DNA of 39,743 bases from Thermodesulfovibrionales bacterium (GCA_963715195.1 CAVQRT010000016.1:1-39743); one strand, 5' to 3'; counted from the first letter of the stretch, positions 9,680-19,636 are shown. Program-made: numbers and translations. Notes: generated from the sequence alone by a model not told the origin.

Positions 9680-9939
9680 TTTTTAATATTATCTCCTGAG
9701 TATACGATGCACCATTATTGACATCCAGTGTCTTCATTTCCTTACTGATAAAGTTTAGCAGATTCTGTATCTTTCTTCTTTTCAAAACATCTCACATTAC
9801 GAAGAACGATGAGTATTATCTGTAGTCTGCAGCATCAAAGAAAATATTCTATCGAGGAGGAAGAACTTAACCCAGCGCAGCTCAATCTTTTCCGGTTCTC
9901 TTTTAACTATCGCCTGTAGCTGAAAAAAAGGGGATTAAT

Positions 9940-10122
9940 CTATTTGGGAATATAAGCGTTCAAACCAATAGTTAATAGTTTTCCGTTTACGGTCAACGAT
10001 GTTTTCATGTTGCCTCTCGTGCTGGCTACTACAAGGGTTTTCCCCGAGGCACTTGGTGTAGGCTTTTCCAAGTCGCATATGATAATAAGCTTATTTCCTT
10101 CTATTTTTGTCTCAATTGCCAT
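9940..10122 (-). CDS. Hypothetical 60-aa beta-rich protein
   Basis: GAGGTGA RBS before ATG 10122; protein-like sequence PSASGKTLVVASTRGN...IGLNAY. Confidence 0.7.
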   Translation of the reverse strand: MAIETKIEGNKLIIICDLEKPTPSASGKTLVVASTRGNMKTSLTVNGKLLTIGLNAYIPK

Positions 10123-10901
10123 TGGCTTCACCTCAGCGTAAAGGCGCCCCTTATTTATTCCTCTTCGAACTGTTTGGATACTGATAGAAATTTGCTTTTC
10201 CCGTATGGGAAAGAATAACACGTGAGGAGCAAATTCACAATGAGCCCATCCTTTTGCACTCCGCACACCGATATCACTTCACGACCTTGGAAATTTTCTG
10301 ATTGCGCAAGAAATTAGCAGTCTACCAGATCTTGAATTTTATTGAGTACTATGTGTATCTATGGCTGTCAATGACCATCTCGATGGCCTTGAGTATAGGA
10401 AGAAGGGTTGCCTCTCATAAGCCCGGGAAAGCTTTTTGTCTCTTTCACACCGAAGGTAGCATGCCTTTATTCTCAAAAATATAGAAGAAATATGCATAAG
10501 CAATAATTTTTGAGATTGTTGATTTCCTTTTATAGTATGAATATTCATTTCGCATAACCGTGTATATTTGGGTTATCTATAAGGCAAGTCTTGATCTCAT
10601 TGGAATATTTGTTCATCATTCTGTGGCATTTTGAGAAATTGGAGTTCATGAGGATTATTGTGACTTAATATAAACCAGCACAAGATCTTCCAAATTTCCT
10701 CCCAAATACTTGTCATTACTCCTTTTTGCATTTTTGACATTAAAAAGACCGATTGCTACGATACAACTGTAAATTTATTGATTCTCTCGTATAGAAAGGT
10801 CAGACTGTCAAAGTCTTTTTTTCTTTGGGAGTTTGACTTTATTATTTTTTGAAAACAGGAGAGCCAGACATTAATGGACATTGGGAAGAAAGGAGGAGAA
10901 T

Positions 10902-11330
10902 ATGTCAAAGGCCAAAATTGGTGATACGGTAAAGGTTGATTTTTCCTGTTTCTCTGAAGACGGGGAAGTAATCAATCGAACGACAAACGAGGAACCGCTG
11001 CAATTTACAATAGGAAAAGGCCAGATGATCCCTGGTTTTGAGGAAGCTATTTTAGGAATGGATGAAGGTGAAGAGAAGAAATCAACTGTTCCCATGGAAA
11101 AAGCCTTTGGGCCGCGAACAGAGGAGAATATCGTCGTAGTTGAGAAGGAAAAGTTCCCGCAGGATATTAACATCGAAGTCGGCAAGCAACTTCAAATACA
11201 GTCTGCAGATGGCAGGACAGCGCAGGTAAGAATTGCCGACATCTCAGGAAATCTCGTTACTTTGGATGCAAACCACCCACTTGCAGGAAGAAACCTTATT
11301 TTCAGTATAAAACTTTTGGATATCGTTTGA
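10902..11330 (+). CDS. FKBP-type peptidyl-prolyl cis-trans isomerase (SlyD/FkpB-like, no His-rich tail)
   Basis: PLQFTIGKGQMIPGFEEA, AFG and LDANHPLAG motifs; AGGAGG RBS. Confidence 0.92.
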   Translation: MSKAKIGDTVKVDFSCFSEDGEVINRTTNEEPLQFTIGKGQMIPGFEEAILGMDEGEEKKSTVPMEKAFGPRTEENIVVVEKEKFPQDINIEVGKQLQIQSADGRTAQVRIADISGNLVTLDANHPLAGRNLIFSIKLLDIV

Positions 11331-11445
11331 CATTTCTCTCTAATTCAATGTTCCAAAGAGAGATAGACTGGAAGGATTCATCTTTTTTGATCGGTATTGT
11401 GCAGAAAAAGTCTGCGCAAGCCACCAAGGGAAGGGAGGATAGACC

Positions 11446-11991
11446 ATAACTAACACAGGTACAGTTTCCATAGGAAGGGTAGTTGACAAGACCCGAGTAA
11501 ACAGCGAGATCCGCCTGATCAGGGCAAAGGAGATACGTGTTGTCGCCGATGGTGAGCAAATCGGCATAATGGATATCGATTCGGCACTGAAGATCGCTGA
11601 AGAGAGGGATTTGGATATCGTTGAAATCAGCCCGAATGCTGAGCCGCCGGTATGCAAGATAATGGATTACAAAAAATTCAAATTCGAGCGGGGCAAGAAA
11701 CAGCGGAAGACCAAAAAACAACAAACGACTCTTAGCCTCAAGGAAATCAGGATGAGGCCGATGATCGGCGCCCACGATTATGAGTTCAAGAAACGCAATG
11801 CGCGGAAGTTCATCGATAATGGGGACAAGGTCAAGGTGATCATCAGATTCAGGGGGCGTGAACTCAACCGTGAGGATCTGGGGATGAGGGTTCTGAACAT
11901 CTTTGCCTCTGAATTACAGGATATTGCAAAAATAGAAACGCGGCCAAAGATGCACGGACGCCAAATGGTGATGATTCTCAGGGCTTCATGA
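11446..11991 (+). CDS. infC: Translation initiation factor IF-3 with predicted non-canonical ATA start
   Basis: RVNSEI, PPVCKIMDYKKFKF, KEIRMRPMIGAHDYEFK, GDKVKVIIRFRGRE. GGAGG lies 7 nt before an in-frame ATA at 11446. Confidence 0.9.
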   Translation: MTNTGTVSIGRVVDKTRVNSEIRLIRAKEIRVVADGEQIGIMDIDSALKIAEERDLDIVEISPNAEPPVCKIMDYKKFKFERGKKQRKTKKQQTTLSLKEIRMRPMIGAHDYEFKKRNARKFIDNGDKVKVIIRFRGRELNREDLGMRVLNIFASELQDIAKIETRPKMHGRQMVMILRAS

Positions 11992-12087
11992 CATGCAGTA
12001 GTCAAAAAAAACGTTTCTAAGGATTAAGACAATTTTTTGATAACTGTTCAATTCCACATTTGTAAGAGATGATGGTTTGAGAGAGGA

Positions 12088-13542
12088 TTAATAGGCACCT
12101 CCATGATGCTTTATTAAATCTTCGATTTCTTTGTGTCCTTTTAAGGATGCTGCTTTTAGGGGGGTAATCCCGCTTGTTTCCGTAGCGTTTATATCTGCCC
12201 CTTTCGCTATGAGCAACTCAGCGATGTCTTTATACCCTTTAATTGCTGCCCAATGCAGTGCGGTAACACCTATGTCACTTTTGGCATTAACATTGGCTCC
12301 ATTATTAAGTAAAAAGCAAATCAGGTCTATATATCCTTTCTGAGCAGCAATAAGTAGCGGGGTATAATCTTCGGTTTGTTTCACGTCTATGTCCGCACCT
12401 TTTTCTATTAGTAATCTTGCTGTAGCTATATGACCTGTCTCCGCAACTATATGAAGAGGAGTTGCTCCTGCGTTTGTTTTCGCATTGATATTAGCTCCGT
12501 GACTGATTAAGAGTTTCGCAATTTCTGTAAACCCTTCTGAGCTTGCTAAATGTAATGCGGTCCATCCATCTTTTTGTGTCATATCAATATCAGTATTATT
12601 TGAAATTAATAGAAGCACTATATCTTGGAGCTGTTTTTTAACTGCCAGATGCAGGAGGGGAAGTCCGTCTTCATCCTTGATGTTTGCCAATTCAGGCTTA
12701 TGCTTGAGTAATGTATCAACTTTTAAAAAATCCTCAGCAAAAACTGCATCAAACAGGTCTTCTGAATGAATATCTTTTTCTTCTTTGCATATATATTCAA
12801 GTATTGCTTCTGCAACTGAATTGGGTGAAGGGGTCTCCCAGGATGGATCTGAAAATTCTTCTGTTTCTTTAGTGCCATCTGTAAAGTGTATAGTTATCGC
12901 ATGACACCGCATCTGTCCATTGTTACAATCAAATTCTTTATGAGCTATATAGTTTGACATTAATTTGTTTTCGAACTTGGACATGCGGATTATGGGATTA
13001 CTCCAAGCCATTTTATAGTTCGCTCTCAGAGTCTTCTCAGGACTTCTTTTAATGCTATTGTTGTCTATATATGCAGAGGCTTCGTCAGATGCTCCGAGTA
13101 CCACGAGTTCCCATTCTTCTTCAGAGGTCTTGGAATTATATTGCTTGTCTGATTCATCAACGAGTTCCATGGTATTACCGCGTAATTTGCCAGCATTGTT
13201 AACGCTTCCATATATTTCGATTATCCTTTCCTTAACAGCAGTATTAGAGATGGCATATTCTTTCCCATCCTTTGTCCTAATAAAAAACTCGGCTTCGTCA
13301 TCCCATCGGATAACTTTGGGATACTTTTCTGTTCCCATTTCCCAATATAAAGGATTTTTTACTTGGCCCATTATTGTATTTCCAGCTTCATCTGTAAAAG
13401 TGAGGTTTAAAATATTGCCACCGCCCGGATTCCACCCAGATACCATAGCCCCATGACTTATTGCAATATTCAAAGCCAAGGAAAGGATTCCCAAACAGAA
13501 ATTCATTTTTAAGATCTTAGCTCCTATTAATTTTGGTTTCAT
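12088..13542 (-). CDS. Secreted protein with central surface-adhesin-E-like domain and C-terminal ankyrin repeats
   Basis: Hydrophobic N-terminus; YIDNNSI...EFDC...W...PNSVAEAILEYIC; about six G-x-T-P/A-L-H ankyrin repeats. Confidence 0.8.
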   Translation of the reverse strand: MKPKLIGAKILKMNFCLGILSLALNIAISHGAMVSGWNPGGGNILNLTFTDEAGNTIMGQVKNPLYWEMGTEKYPKVIRWDDEAEFFIRTKDGKEYAISNTAVKERIIEIYGSVNNAGKLRGNTMELVDESDKQYNSKTSEEEWELVVLGASDEASAYIDNNSIKRSPEKTLRANYKMAWSNPIIRMSKFENKLMSNYIAHKEFDCNNGQMRCHAITIHFTDGTKETEEFSDPSWETPSPNSVAEAILEYICKEEKDIHSEDLFDAVFAEDFLKVDTLLKHKPELANIKDEDGLPLLHLAVKKQLQDIVLLLISNNTDIDMTQKDGWTALHLASSEGFTEIAKLLISHGANINAKTNAGATPLHIVAETGHIATARLLIEKGADIDVKQTEDYTPLLIAAQKGYIDLICFLLNNGANVNAKSDIGVTALHWAAIKGYKDIAELLIAKGADINATETSGITPLKAASLKGHKEIEDLIKHHGGAY

Positions 13543-13897
13543 TCTCTTACCCTGACAACTCGTTTCTTTTAGAATCTAGCCTGTATTCAGGATGCTTATT
13601 GATTGCCAATCAAAAACTGCACAATTATATCAAATTTCACAAATGCCAGTATTTAAAGCATTCTATACCGAGTGTTTCCGAGTTTAAGCCTTGAAGATGC
13701 AAGAAGCTCAGAGGTGCATATTGGAATTGGAAATCGACAGTGTGCAATAGTTTTAATGATCAGGACTACTATGTGCAGTCCTCGAAAACGCCATGTTTCC
13801 TGCGGGGTGAAAGACGCCCCGCTGAAATGTTCAATGAACAGTGCATAATAAAGAGTAGAGTAAACTTTAAATCTTTGGTACGTCTGTAAAATAAAAA

Positions 13898-14611
13898 ATG
13901 AATATTGGCACAATAATAGTCTATCCTGATGAACTAGGGCTATGAGACGTTGACCTGCTTCAAATCAGTGTTTACTATGGCATGAAAGATAATGTTGAGG
14001 TTATGAAGAATTGTGTCCGCAGATGCAGAGAAAAGGGAATACGGTATGTAATTCATCCTATACAGTATTCTCTGATGGATAGGGAAATGTTTAGAGGCCT
14101 TCAAGAAATGGCGGAGTGGTCGGACCTTGCCCTTATCCTTCATGATGAAAAAGAACGCGACTGGCAAGGGATTACCGGAGAGCATGGAACAAATTTTAGA
14201 ATATTAGTTTCTGAATTACAGTCCGTGACCCCTGTTTCCTTTGAGAATGCTACTGATACGAGAGACGTTGTCTGGTTCTGGAACAATTATGCCGAGTCGA
14301 TTACCATCGATATAGGGCATGTTGAATCAGCTAGAATAGATTCAATTGAATTTCTTCAATCTCTCGATAAAAAAATCATTGATAAAATTCAGTACGTCCC
14401 TTTGCACAGAAACAATGGCTGGAGAAATGGCTTAACAGACCACTGGTATATTATTCCTGACTGTAAAGAAATGAATGCACTCAGAGAACTTTTGCGAATA
14501 AAACAGGATATTGGAATTATTCTCGAAGTTAATGAAACTGATAAGATTGGAAAAAACCTTGAGTTACTCAAAACACTCAGGGATAAACTCGGTGTTGATG
14601 CAGGTCGATAG
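13898..14611 (+). pseudogene. Sugar-phosphate isomerase/AP-endonuclease-2-like TIM-barrel protein with in-frame TGA at codon 16 (or a shorter CDS from 13982)
   Basis: Metal-site-like motifs SFEN, TIDIGH, DHW, ILE. ATG 13898 is in frame with 13982 except for TGA at 13943-13945. Confidence 0.55.
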
Positions 14612-14755
14612 AGAGAGAAAGACGCACACGATGCCGCGTATATTGTACCAACGCAAGGTTCCTTCCTCTTCTATGGAAGAATGATTTTTAGAAATTGCTC
14701 TGGGATGCTATAGTACAGATAGAAATCAATATGATGGGAATAAGGAGGTAACGAA

Positions 14756-15412
14756 ATGAAAAAGATACTTTTAGGGATAATTCTCTTGACGTTGGTAAAT
14801 GTCGTTCCTATTCCAGCAATGGCAAGGGTAGATGTAAGTATTGGCATTGGAATCCCTCTGCCACCACCCGTTGTATTTCCAGCACCTCCGGCCGTGATAG
14901 TGCTGCCTGATACGAACTATGTGTACGTTGTTCCTGACATAGATGCAGACATGTTTTTCTGGTACGGTTTGTGGTGGCGTTTATGGGATGGTCGTTGGTA
15001 TCGCTCACGTTATTATGATCGGGGTTGGGCTTATTATGACCGTGTTCCAAGTTTCTATTTTGATCTTGACCCACGTTGGAGACAACACTATCGAAACCAT
15101 AATTGGTACGGACACCGATGGAACTATGAACGGATTCCTACCCGACGACTTCAGCAGAACTGGGGGAGATGGCAAAATAATCGATACTGGGAAAGGCATG
15201 GAACCTGGGGCGTCCAGAGCTATAAACCTCGACCGCCACAGCAGAGACTGGAACTGAGACATCAACGGCAACAGCAATATCAACAGAGACCTCAAATTCA
15301 GCGACCACAACAACGGTATCCACAACCCCGGGGGCAACAAAAGATGGAGAAATCACAACACCAAAAGTCTCGAGGAAAACCTGAGCCAGAGGGTAGAGGA
15401 CATAGAAGATAA
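14756..15412 (+). CDS. Secreted hypothetical protein, Pro- and Trp/Tyr/Arg-rich with Gln-rich tail
   Basis: AAGGAGGT RBS, signal peptide ending AMA, VDVSIGIGIPLPPP, low-complexity C-terminus. Confidence 0.8.
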   Translation: MKKILLGIILLTLVNVVPIPAMARVDVSIGIGIPLPPPVVFPAPPAVIVLPDTNYVYVVPDIDADMFFWYGLWWRLWDGRWYRSRYYDRGWAYYDRVPSFYFDLDPRWRQHYRNHNWYGHRWNYERIPTRRLQQNWGRWQNNRYWERHGTWGVQSYKPRPPQQRLELRHQRQQQYQQRPQIQRPQQRYPQPRGQQKMEKSQHQKSRGKPEPEGRGHRR

Positions 15413-15529
15413 GAGAACAAGAAGTTTTATAGCATTGCCATCTTTCATGTCCATCTGGTAGAACAAGAGATCGTACATAGGGAAAGCTACCATTTTTTGA
15501 CAGGTGAAATTTAACGAGTCTATTACGAG

Positions 15530-15780
15530 ATGTGCCGAAGATAGCTGGTAAGCTCAGTGTCTTAGAGACACAGCGAAAACAAGCATCCTTCCTCCTACCA
15601 ACAGATGTGCTATAAAAGAACAAGGGTAAAGGCAGGAGAGCTTAGTCCTTCCTGGGCCATTGAGTCCTGAGTACAGTTTGTTCCCTGCCTCCTGAAACCA
15701 TGATAAGTTGATTGGGCTTTGAGTCCTTGTTACGCGGGAGGATTGGTTTGGAGGCATACCCTGCCTGATCCTGAAACAAT
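15530..15780 (+). ncRNA. Putative IS110 bridge/guide RNA
   Basis: TTGACA-18-TATTAC promoter at 15497-15526; complementary segments AGGCAGG/CCTGCCT and CCTCC..AAACCA/TGGTTTGGAGG; located in the IS110 non-coding end. Confidence 0.55.
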
Positions 15781-15795
15781 AGGAGGAGGTAAGTT

Positions 15796-16980
15796 ATGGG
15801 TAAGGTTTATGTGGGAATCGATATCGCAAAGGATAAATCTACTGCCCATGGGATCGAAGAAGGTGGCAGAAGTCTTTTTGAACTAACCTTTGACATGAAT
15901 GGTACAGGGTTTGCCGAACTACTGCAAAGAATAGAAGCCTGTGCCGGTTCTCCGAGAAATGTTGTAGCGGCAATGGAATCTACAGCATGCTATCACATTA
16001 ATCTGTATTCTTTTCTTTCGGCAAAAGGGATTGAGACCATCATAATAAATCCGCTTCTGATTGCAAACTATGCCAAACTCTCGCTGAGAAAAACAAAGAC
16101 GGATAAGAAAGACGCAAAGACCATAGCCCAGTTTCTGCTTGCTCACAGGGATAGCGTGAAACAGCTTGCTGTCTCTCAAGATTTGCAGGATATCAGGGAT
16201 ATGGCCAGGGAGCGCGAATCTCTCTGCCATCACATATCGGCAACAAAGGTGGAGATACAGCGGATTTTACAAACGACATTTCCTGAATTAGCGACCTTGA
16301 CCAATCCTCTTACGAAAGTAATGCTGCATTTCATACAGCGGTTTCCTTCTGCCCGTCTTGTGAGTGTTGCAAAGCCGAGGGTTATTGAAAAAACACTCAA
16401 GGAAAGGCCGTGCAGCTGCCGACTACGGTTCACTCCGCAGGACCTTATAGAACTGGCCCGCAAATCGATTGCAACAGTGAGCCCGGCAAAGGAGTTTATT
16501 CTTTCAGGGAAGATCGAGACGCTTCTACACCTTGAAAAAAGATGTGAAGGCCTTACGAAGGCACTCACAAAGTATTGCGAATCGACAATGGTAGAAGATC
16601 TTCGCATCGTGACCTCCATTGACGGCATCAATAACAAGATGGCAACTACACTGCTGGCAGAAATTGGGCAGATCAGTAATTACCATTCGCACAAGAACTT
16701 AATCGCATTTGCAGGTATTGATCCTACGGTGTATCAGTCAGGCAAGTATGAAGGGGCAAGCAGAATATCCAAGAGGGGAAATCGTCATCTCAGGAGAGTG
16801 ATATGGCTTATGGCGATTAGCGTTATCCAGCATAATCCCATATTCCGAAAGTATTTCATGAAGAGGCGAAATGAGGGATATCCGTTTAAGAAAGCCGTAT
16901 TTGCCACAGCTCATAAGCTCATGAGGGTCATCTTTGCCATGTTGTCACATAGAACTTTTTTTGAGGAGCAGTGCGTATAG
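15796..16980 (+). CDS. IS110-family DEDD transposase/recombinase
   Basis: GIDIAK, AMEST, KTDKKDA, AFAGIDPTVYQSG and ISKRGNRHLR motifs. Confidence 0.95.
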   Translation: MGKVYVGIDIAKDKSTAHGIEEGGRSLFELTFDMNGTGFAELLQRIEACAGSPRNVVAAMESTACYHINLYSFLSAKGIETIIINPLLIANYAKLSLRKTKTDKKDAKTIAQFLLAHRDSVKQLAVSQDLQDIRDMARERESLCHHISATKVEIQRILQTTFPELATLTNPLTKVMLHFIQRFPSARLVSVAKPRVIEKTLKERPCSCRLRFTPQDLIELARKSIATVSPAKEFILSGKIETLLHLEKRCEGLTKALTKYCESTMVEDLRIVTSIDGINNKMATTLLAEIGQISNYHSHKNLIAFAGIDPTVYQSGKYEGASRISKRGNRHLRRVIWLMAISVIQHNPIFRKYFMKRRNEGYPFKKAVFATAHKLMRVIFAMLSHRTFFEEQCV

Positions 16981-17061
16981 TTGACTGAAATACTTTACTT
17001 TTAAACCTGATATAATTCTAATCAATGGTGATCATAATCAACACCTGTAAGCTGTAGCACA

Positions 17062-17396
17062 ATGAGTTTAGATATCTATCAAATAGTTTTTTTCATAGGC
17101 TATATCTTCATCCTATTCCACGTTTTTTTTGCCATCAAAATTGATAATTCTATAACTTTAAAAAAAATGTGCTCATTTTATGTTTAGGATGTTTGATGTT
17201 GTTTGTTGGCGTTCTGAGCGATATTCTGATTTATGGCTGGAATATGAAAAGATTATTTCAACTTCTAATATTGAAGAAACATGAATCTTGGAGTGGATTT
17301 TTAGCTATTGGGTTATCTTATGCATTGATTTTGTATGGTTTAGAAGCCTCCATAATATTTCTTATAAGAAACATAAGGCTGAAAGCACGACAATAA
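17062..17396 (+). CDS. Hypothetical membrane protein with apparent frameshift in the A-run at ~17160-17167
   Basis: Hydrophobic frame from ATG 17062 joins the 17169-17396 frame if one A is added. Confidence 0.45.
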
Positions 17397-17499
17397 TATC
17401 TTTCTGAAAACCGCATTACTTCGGTTTCCAGAAAGGAGCAATAGTTCTCCTGGAAAGAAACGTCATCGCATGAGCACCTTTTTCTGAGCAGGAGGCCGA

Positions 17500-18327
17500 T
17501 TAACGGCTTCTTGACTTCAAAGCCTCTTGTCCGAGAGTTTTTGCTGAAGATGCCTCTCTGCTGAGAAGACTTTTATCAGGTGAGCGTGGAGGAGAATAGA
17601 CGTTTCGACTGGCCTCTACTGAAAGGGCTCGTGAAGATAATAAGACCGTTGTTCCTACAGAAAACCGAACCTGTAAATCTGAAAGCGCTGGCGGGAGTTG
17701 CACTTCCTGCATAAAAGAGGTGACGTCAATACTAACGAAGTTTCGCCGATCGGCCGAGAAGAAGTCTAATGTCATAAACGACGTCGGCGTCAGAATGGGT
17801 GAGTCATAATCTACCGCAGATAAACCTCGGAACGGATATTGAACAAGGTCCAGGAACGTGGGGATAACTGATGCAAATTTGACCTTCTTTACGAAAATCT
17901 CCAGGAATGCTGAAACGATTAACGCATTGCTCGGCACAACTGGCTGCCCTGTGATGCCGTCTAAGGGGAATGTCAGGAAAGCGCGAAATTCCGGGCGATT
18001 GGCACGCGAGCTATCCTCTCCAAAAAAGACTACAAGGGGTCCCGTAGTTACCGTGAAAGTGTCGAACACGGGATTATAAGCGATATCTCCATCCGATGAG
18101 GGGTCACTTAAAATGTCCGCGGTGATGAGAACGGGCGAAGGCGGAACAGTGTATGTAACGGTCAGAAGTGGAGCCGTATTCTCTATGCTGTCATCGATAC
18201 CGACGAGGCCGGGTCCGGTGATGAAGACCTTCTTGTCATCATCTTCACCGCACCCTAGCAAGAATAACATCGAAACCAGCAAAAAAACTGCGAGCAAAAG
18301 AGGCCTCATTAGTTGATTGATCCGCAA
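17500..18327 (-). CDS. Hypothetical lipoprotein
   Basis: Signal peptide with LLGC lipobox followed by GEDDDK; 275-aa ORF. Confidence 0.7.
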   Translation of the reverse strand: MRINQLMRPLLLAVFLLVSMLFLLGCGEDDDKKVFITGPGLVGIDDSIENTAPLLTVTYTVPPSPVLITADILSDPSSDGDIAYNPVFDTFTVTTGPLVVFFGEDSSRANRPEFRAFLTFPLDGITGQPVVPSNALIVSAFLEIFVKKVKFASVIPTFLDLVQYPFRGLSAVDYDSPILTPTSFMTLDFFSADRRNFVSIDVTSFMQEVQLPPALSDLQVRFSVGTTVLLSSRALSVEASRNVYSPPRSPDKSLLSREASSAKTLGQEALKSRSR

Positions 18328-18761
18328 TGCCTTTAAGCTAGAGTCATGGATTCTGCCTAAAATCTTAACACAAAATTAACATGCAAATTTGATGCATTCC
18401 TCAGGAAAGATCTTTGCTCATTAGTACCGTTTCGTCATCTTCTATCACAAAAGATACAAACTGTCAACTTCTGCTCTGAGAATTGTCGGTTCACGGTTCA
18501 ATTTCTTCCTGAACGTCACACCTCATTGATTAACGAAAACGATGCAGATTATTACCCAATATCAATACATGATAATCTTGTCCCCTAATAAATTTATCTT
18601 TTCTGAATATGTAACCCATCTGTAACCTTCCCTATGGTAAAAAGTACTATGGGTCAGACCCCTCATATGCTCTGGGTGAGACAAATGGTGGGGGTCTTGT
18701 TGATGAGGGGTGCATTTCCTGCCCCTCATCCAACAAGAATCTATGACCGGAGGTGTGAAAA

Positions 18762-18947
18762 ATGAAAGGTATCATGATCATTATTTTCGCATTGGCTCTT
18801 TTGACAGTAATATTTTTTTCTGTCCTATATGTACTGACTGAAACAAGTTGGGGAGACTGGATTGCAAACTTAGTTACCCATCCACAACTCTCTAACACAA
18901 CTGCAAAGGATTTGATACATGCCCTCCATAGCCATATTCACTTTTGA
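18762..18947 (+). CDS. Small hypothetical membrane protein
   Basis: GGAGGTG RBS; single TM helix. Confidence 0.5.
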   Translation: MKGIMIIIFALALLTVIFFSVLYVLTETSWGDWIANLVTHPQLSNTTAKDLIHALHSHIHF

Positions 18948-19176
18948 TCCTTATAAATTTGACGAAGTCATCGAAAGGCGAAAACGGGAGCACGTTTCAG
19001 CGTGCAGAAAGTTAAAAATACTTGGTGAGTGGTGCGATACGACGAACGGACGAGTAATTCGGCTTATTGAGGATGGAGACCACGGGGAAATCTTAGCTGC
19101 TTACCGCATGTGGTCTGATCTTGGAACTCTGGAAATATTTCCCGTGACTGATACACATGATTTGATTAACCAATAA
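18919..19176 (+). CDS. DUF3303-like small alpha/beta protein
   Basis: KILGEW...GRVIRLIE...WSDLGTLEIFPV pattern. Confidence 0.6.
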   Translation: MPSIAIFTFDPYKFDEVIERRKREHVSACRKLKILGEWCDTTNGRVIRLIEDGDHGEILAAYRMWSDLGTLEIFPVTDTHDLINQ

Positions 19177-19198
19177 GTTGTGAAATGGAGGATAGTTG

Positions 19199-19384
19199 AT
19201 GAAAGCCAATCAATGCATTGTATGTGGTATTGAAACAGCTCAAGGAAGCATCTGTGCATTATGTACCGCAGGTATCACACGGATGCACAATGATTTAATG
19301 AAATTGGTGAAGATGGATAATAATCGGAAACTCGTTAAAAAACTTGTCATAAGTGAACGAAAACAAAGATTTTCATTAAATTAA
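19199..19384 (+). CDS. Small protein with two CxxC motifs (possible zinc ribbon)
   Basis: GGAGG RBS; CIVC and CALC. Confidence 0.5.
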   Translation: MKANQCIVCGIETAQGSICALCTAGITRMHNDLMKLVKMDNNRKLVKKLVISERKQRFSLN

Positions 19385-19464
19385 ACTTGTCAGTTTAGTT
19401 TTCAACCAAATTATTTACCAATCCCGAATGTAAAAGCGTCTTGTAAAGTAATCTGCCTTGGTTG

Positions 19465-19630
19465 GTTCTTCCTCAAGCAGAGATTTTTAAACTTAACATT
19501 TCGGTAGCAGATTACTTTTGAAAATTAATACCCTTACACCGATAGTTGGCAAAAATATTTTCAAAAGTGCAATATTACCTATAAAAGAAGCAAGAATCTT
19601 ATATTATTCTGATATGTAAATCGCTATAAT
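19465..19630. repeat. Diverged intergenic repeat, copy A (partner 21432-21600)
   Basis: Ungapped similarity at offset 1967: GTTCTTCCT, CAGATTACTT, ACCCTTACACC, TTGGCAAAAATATTTTC. Confidence 0.85.
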
Positions 19631-19636
19631 TATATA

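Larger units (their letters stand above)
15433..16980 (+). mobile_element. IS110-family element; ends tentative, bounded by TATAG at 15428-15432 and 16976-16980
   Basis: IS110 recombinase preceded by a ~360-bp non-coding segment; no terminal IRs; the same pentamer at both inferred junctions. Confidence 0.7.

Noticed and set aside
13943..13945. Selenocysteine codon
   Set aside because: No redox-motif context and no clear SECIS hairpin after the TGA.
14911..14927. Another CTATGTG mini-hairpin as an intron target
   Set aside because: It lies inside a CDS, has a weak stem and is expected by chance.
19546..19562. Sigma54 promoter in the duplicated module (TTGGCA...)
   Set aside because: The -12 position reads TTTT rather than TTGC in both copies.
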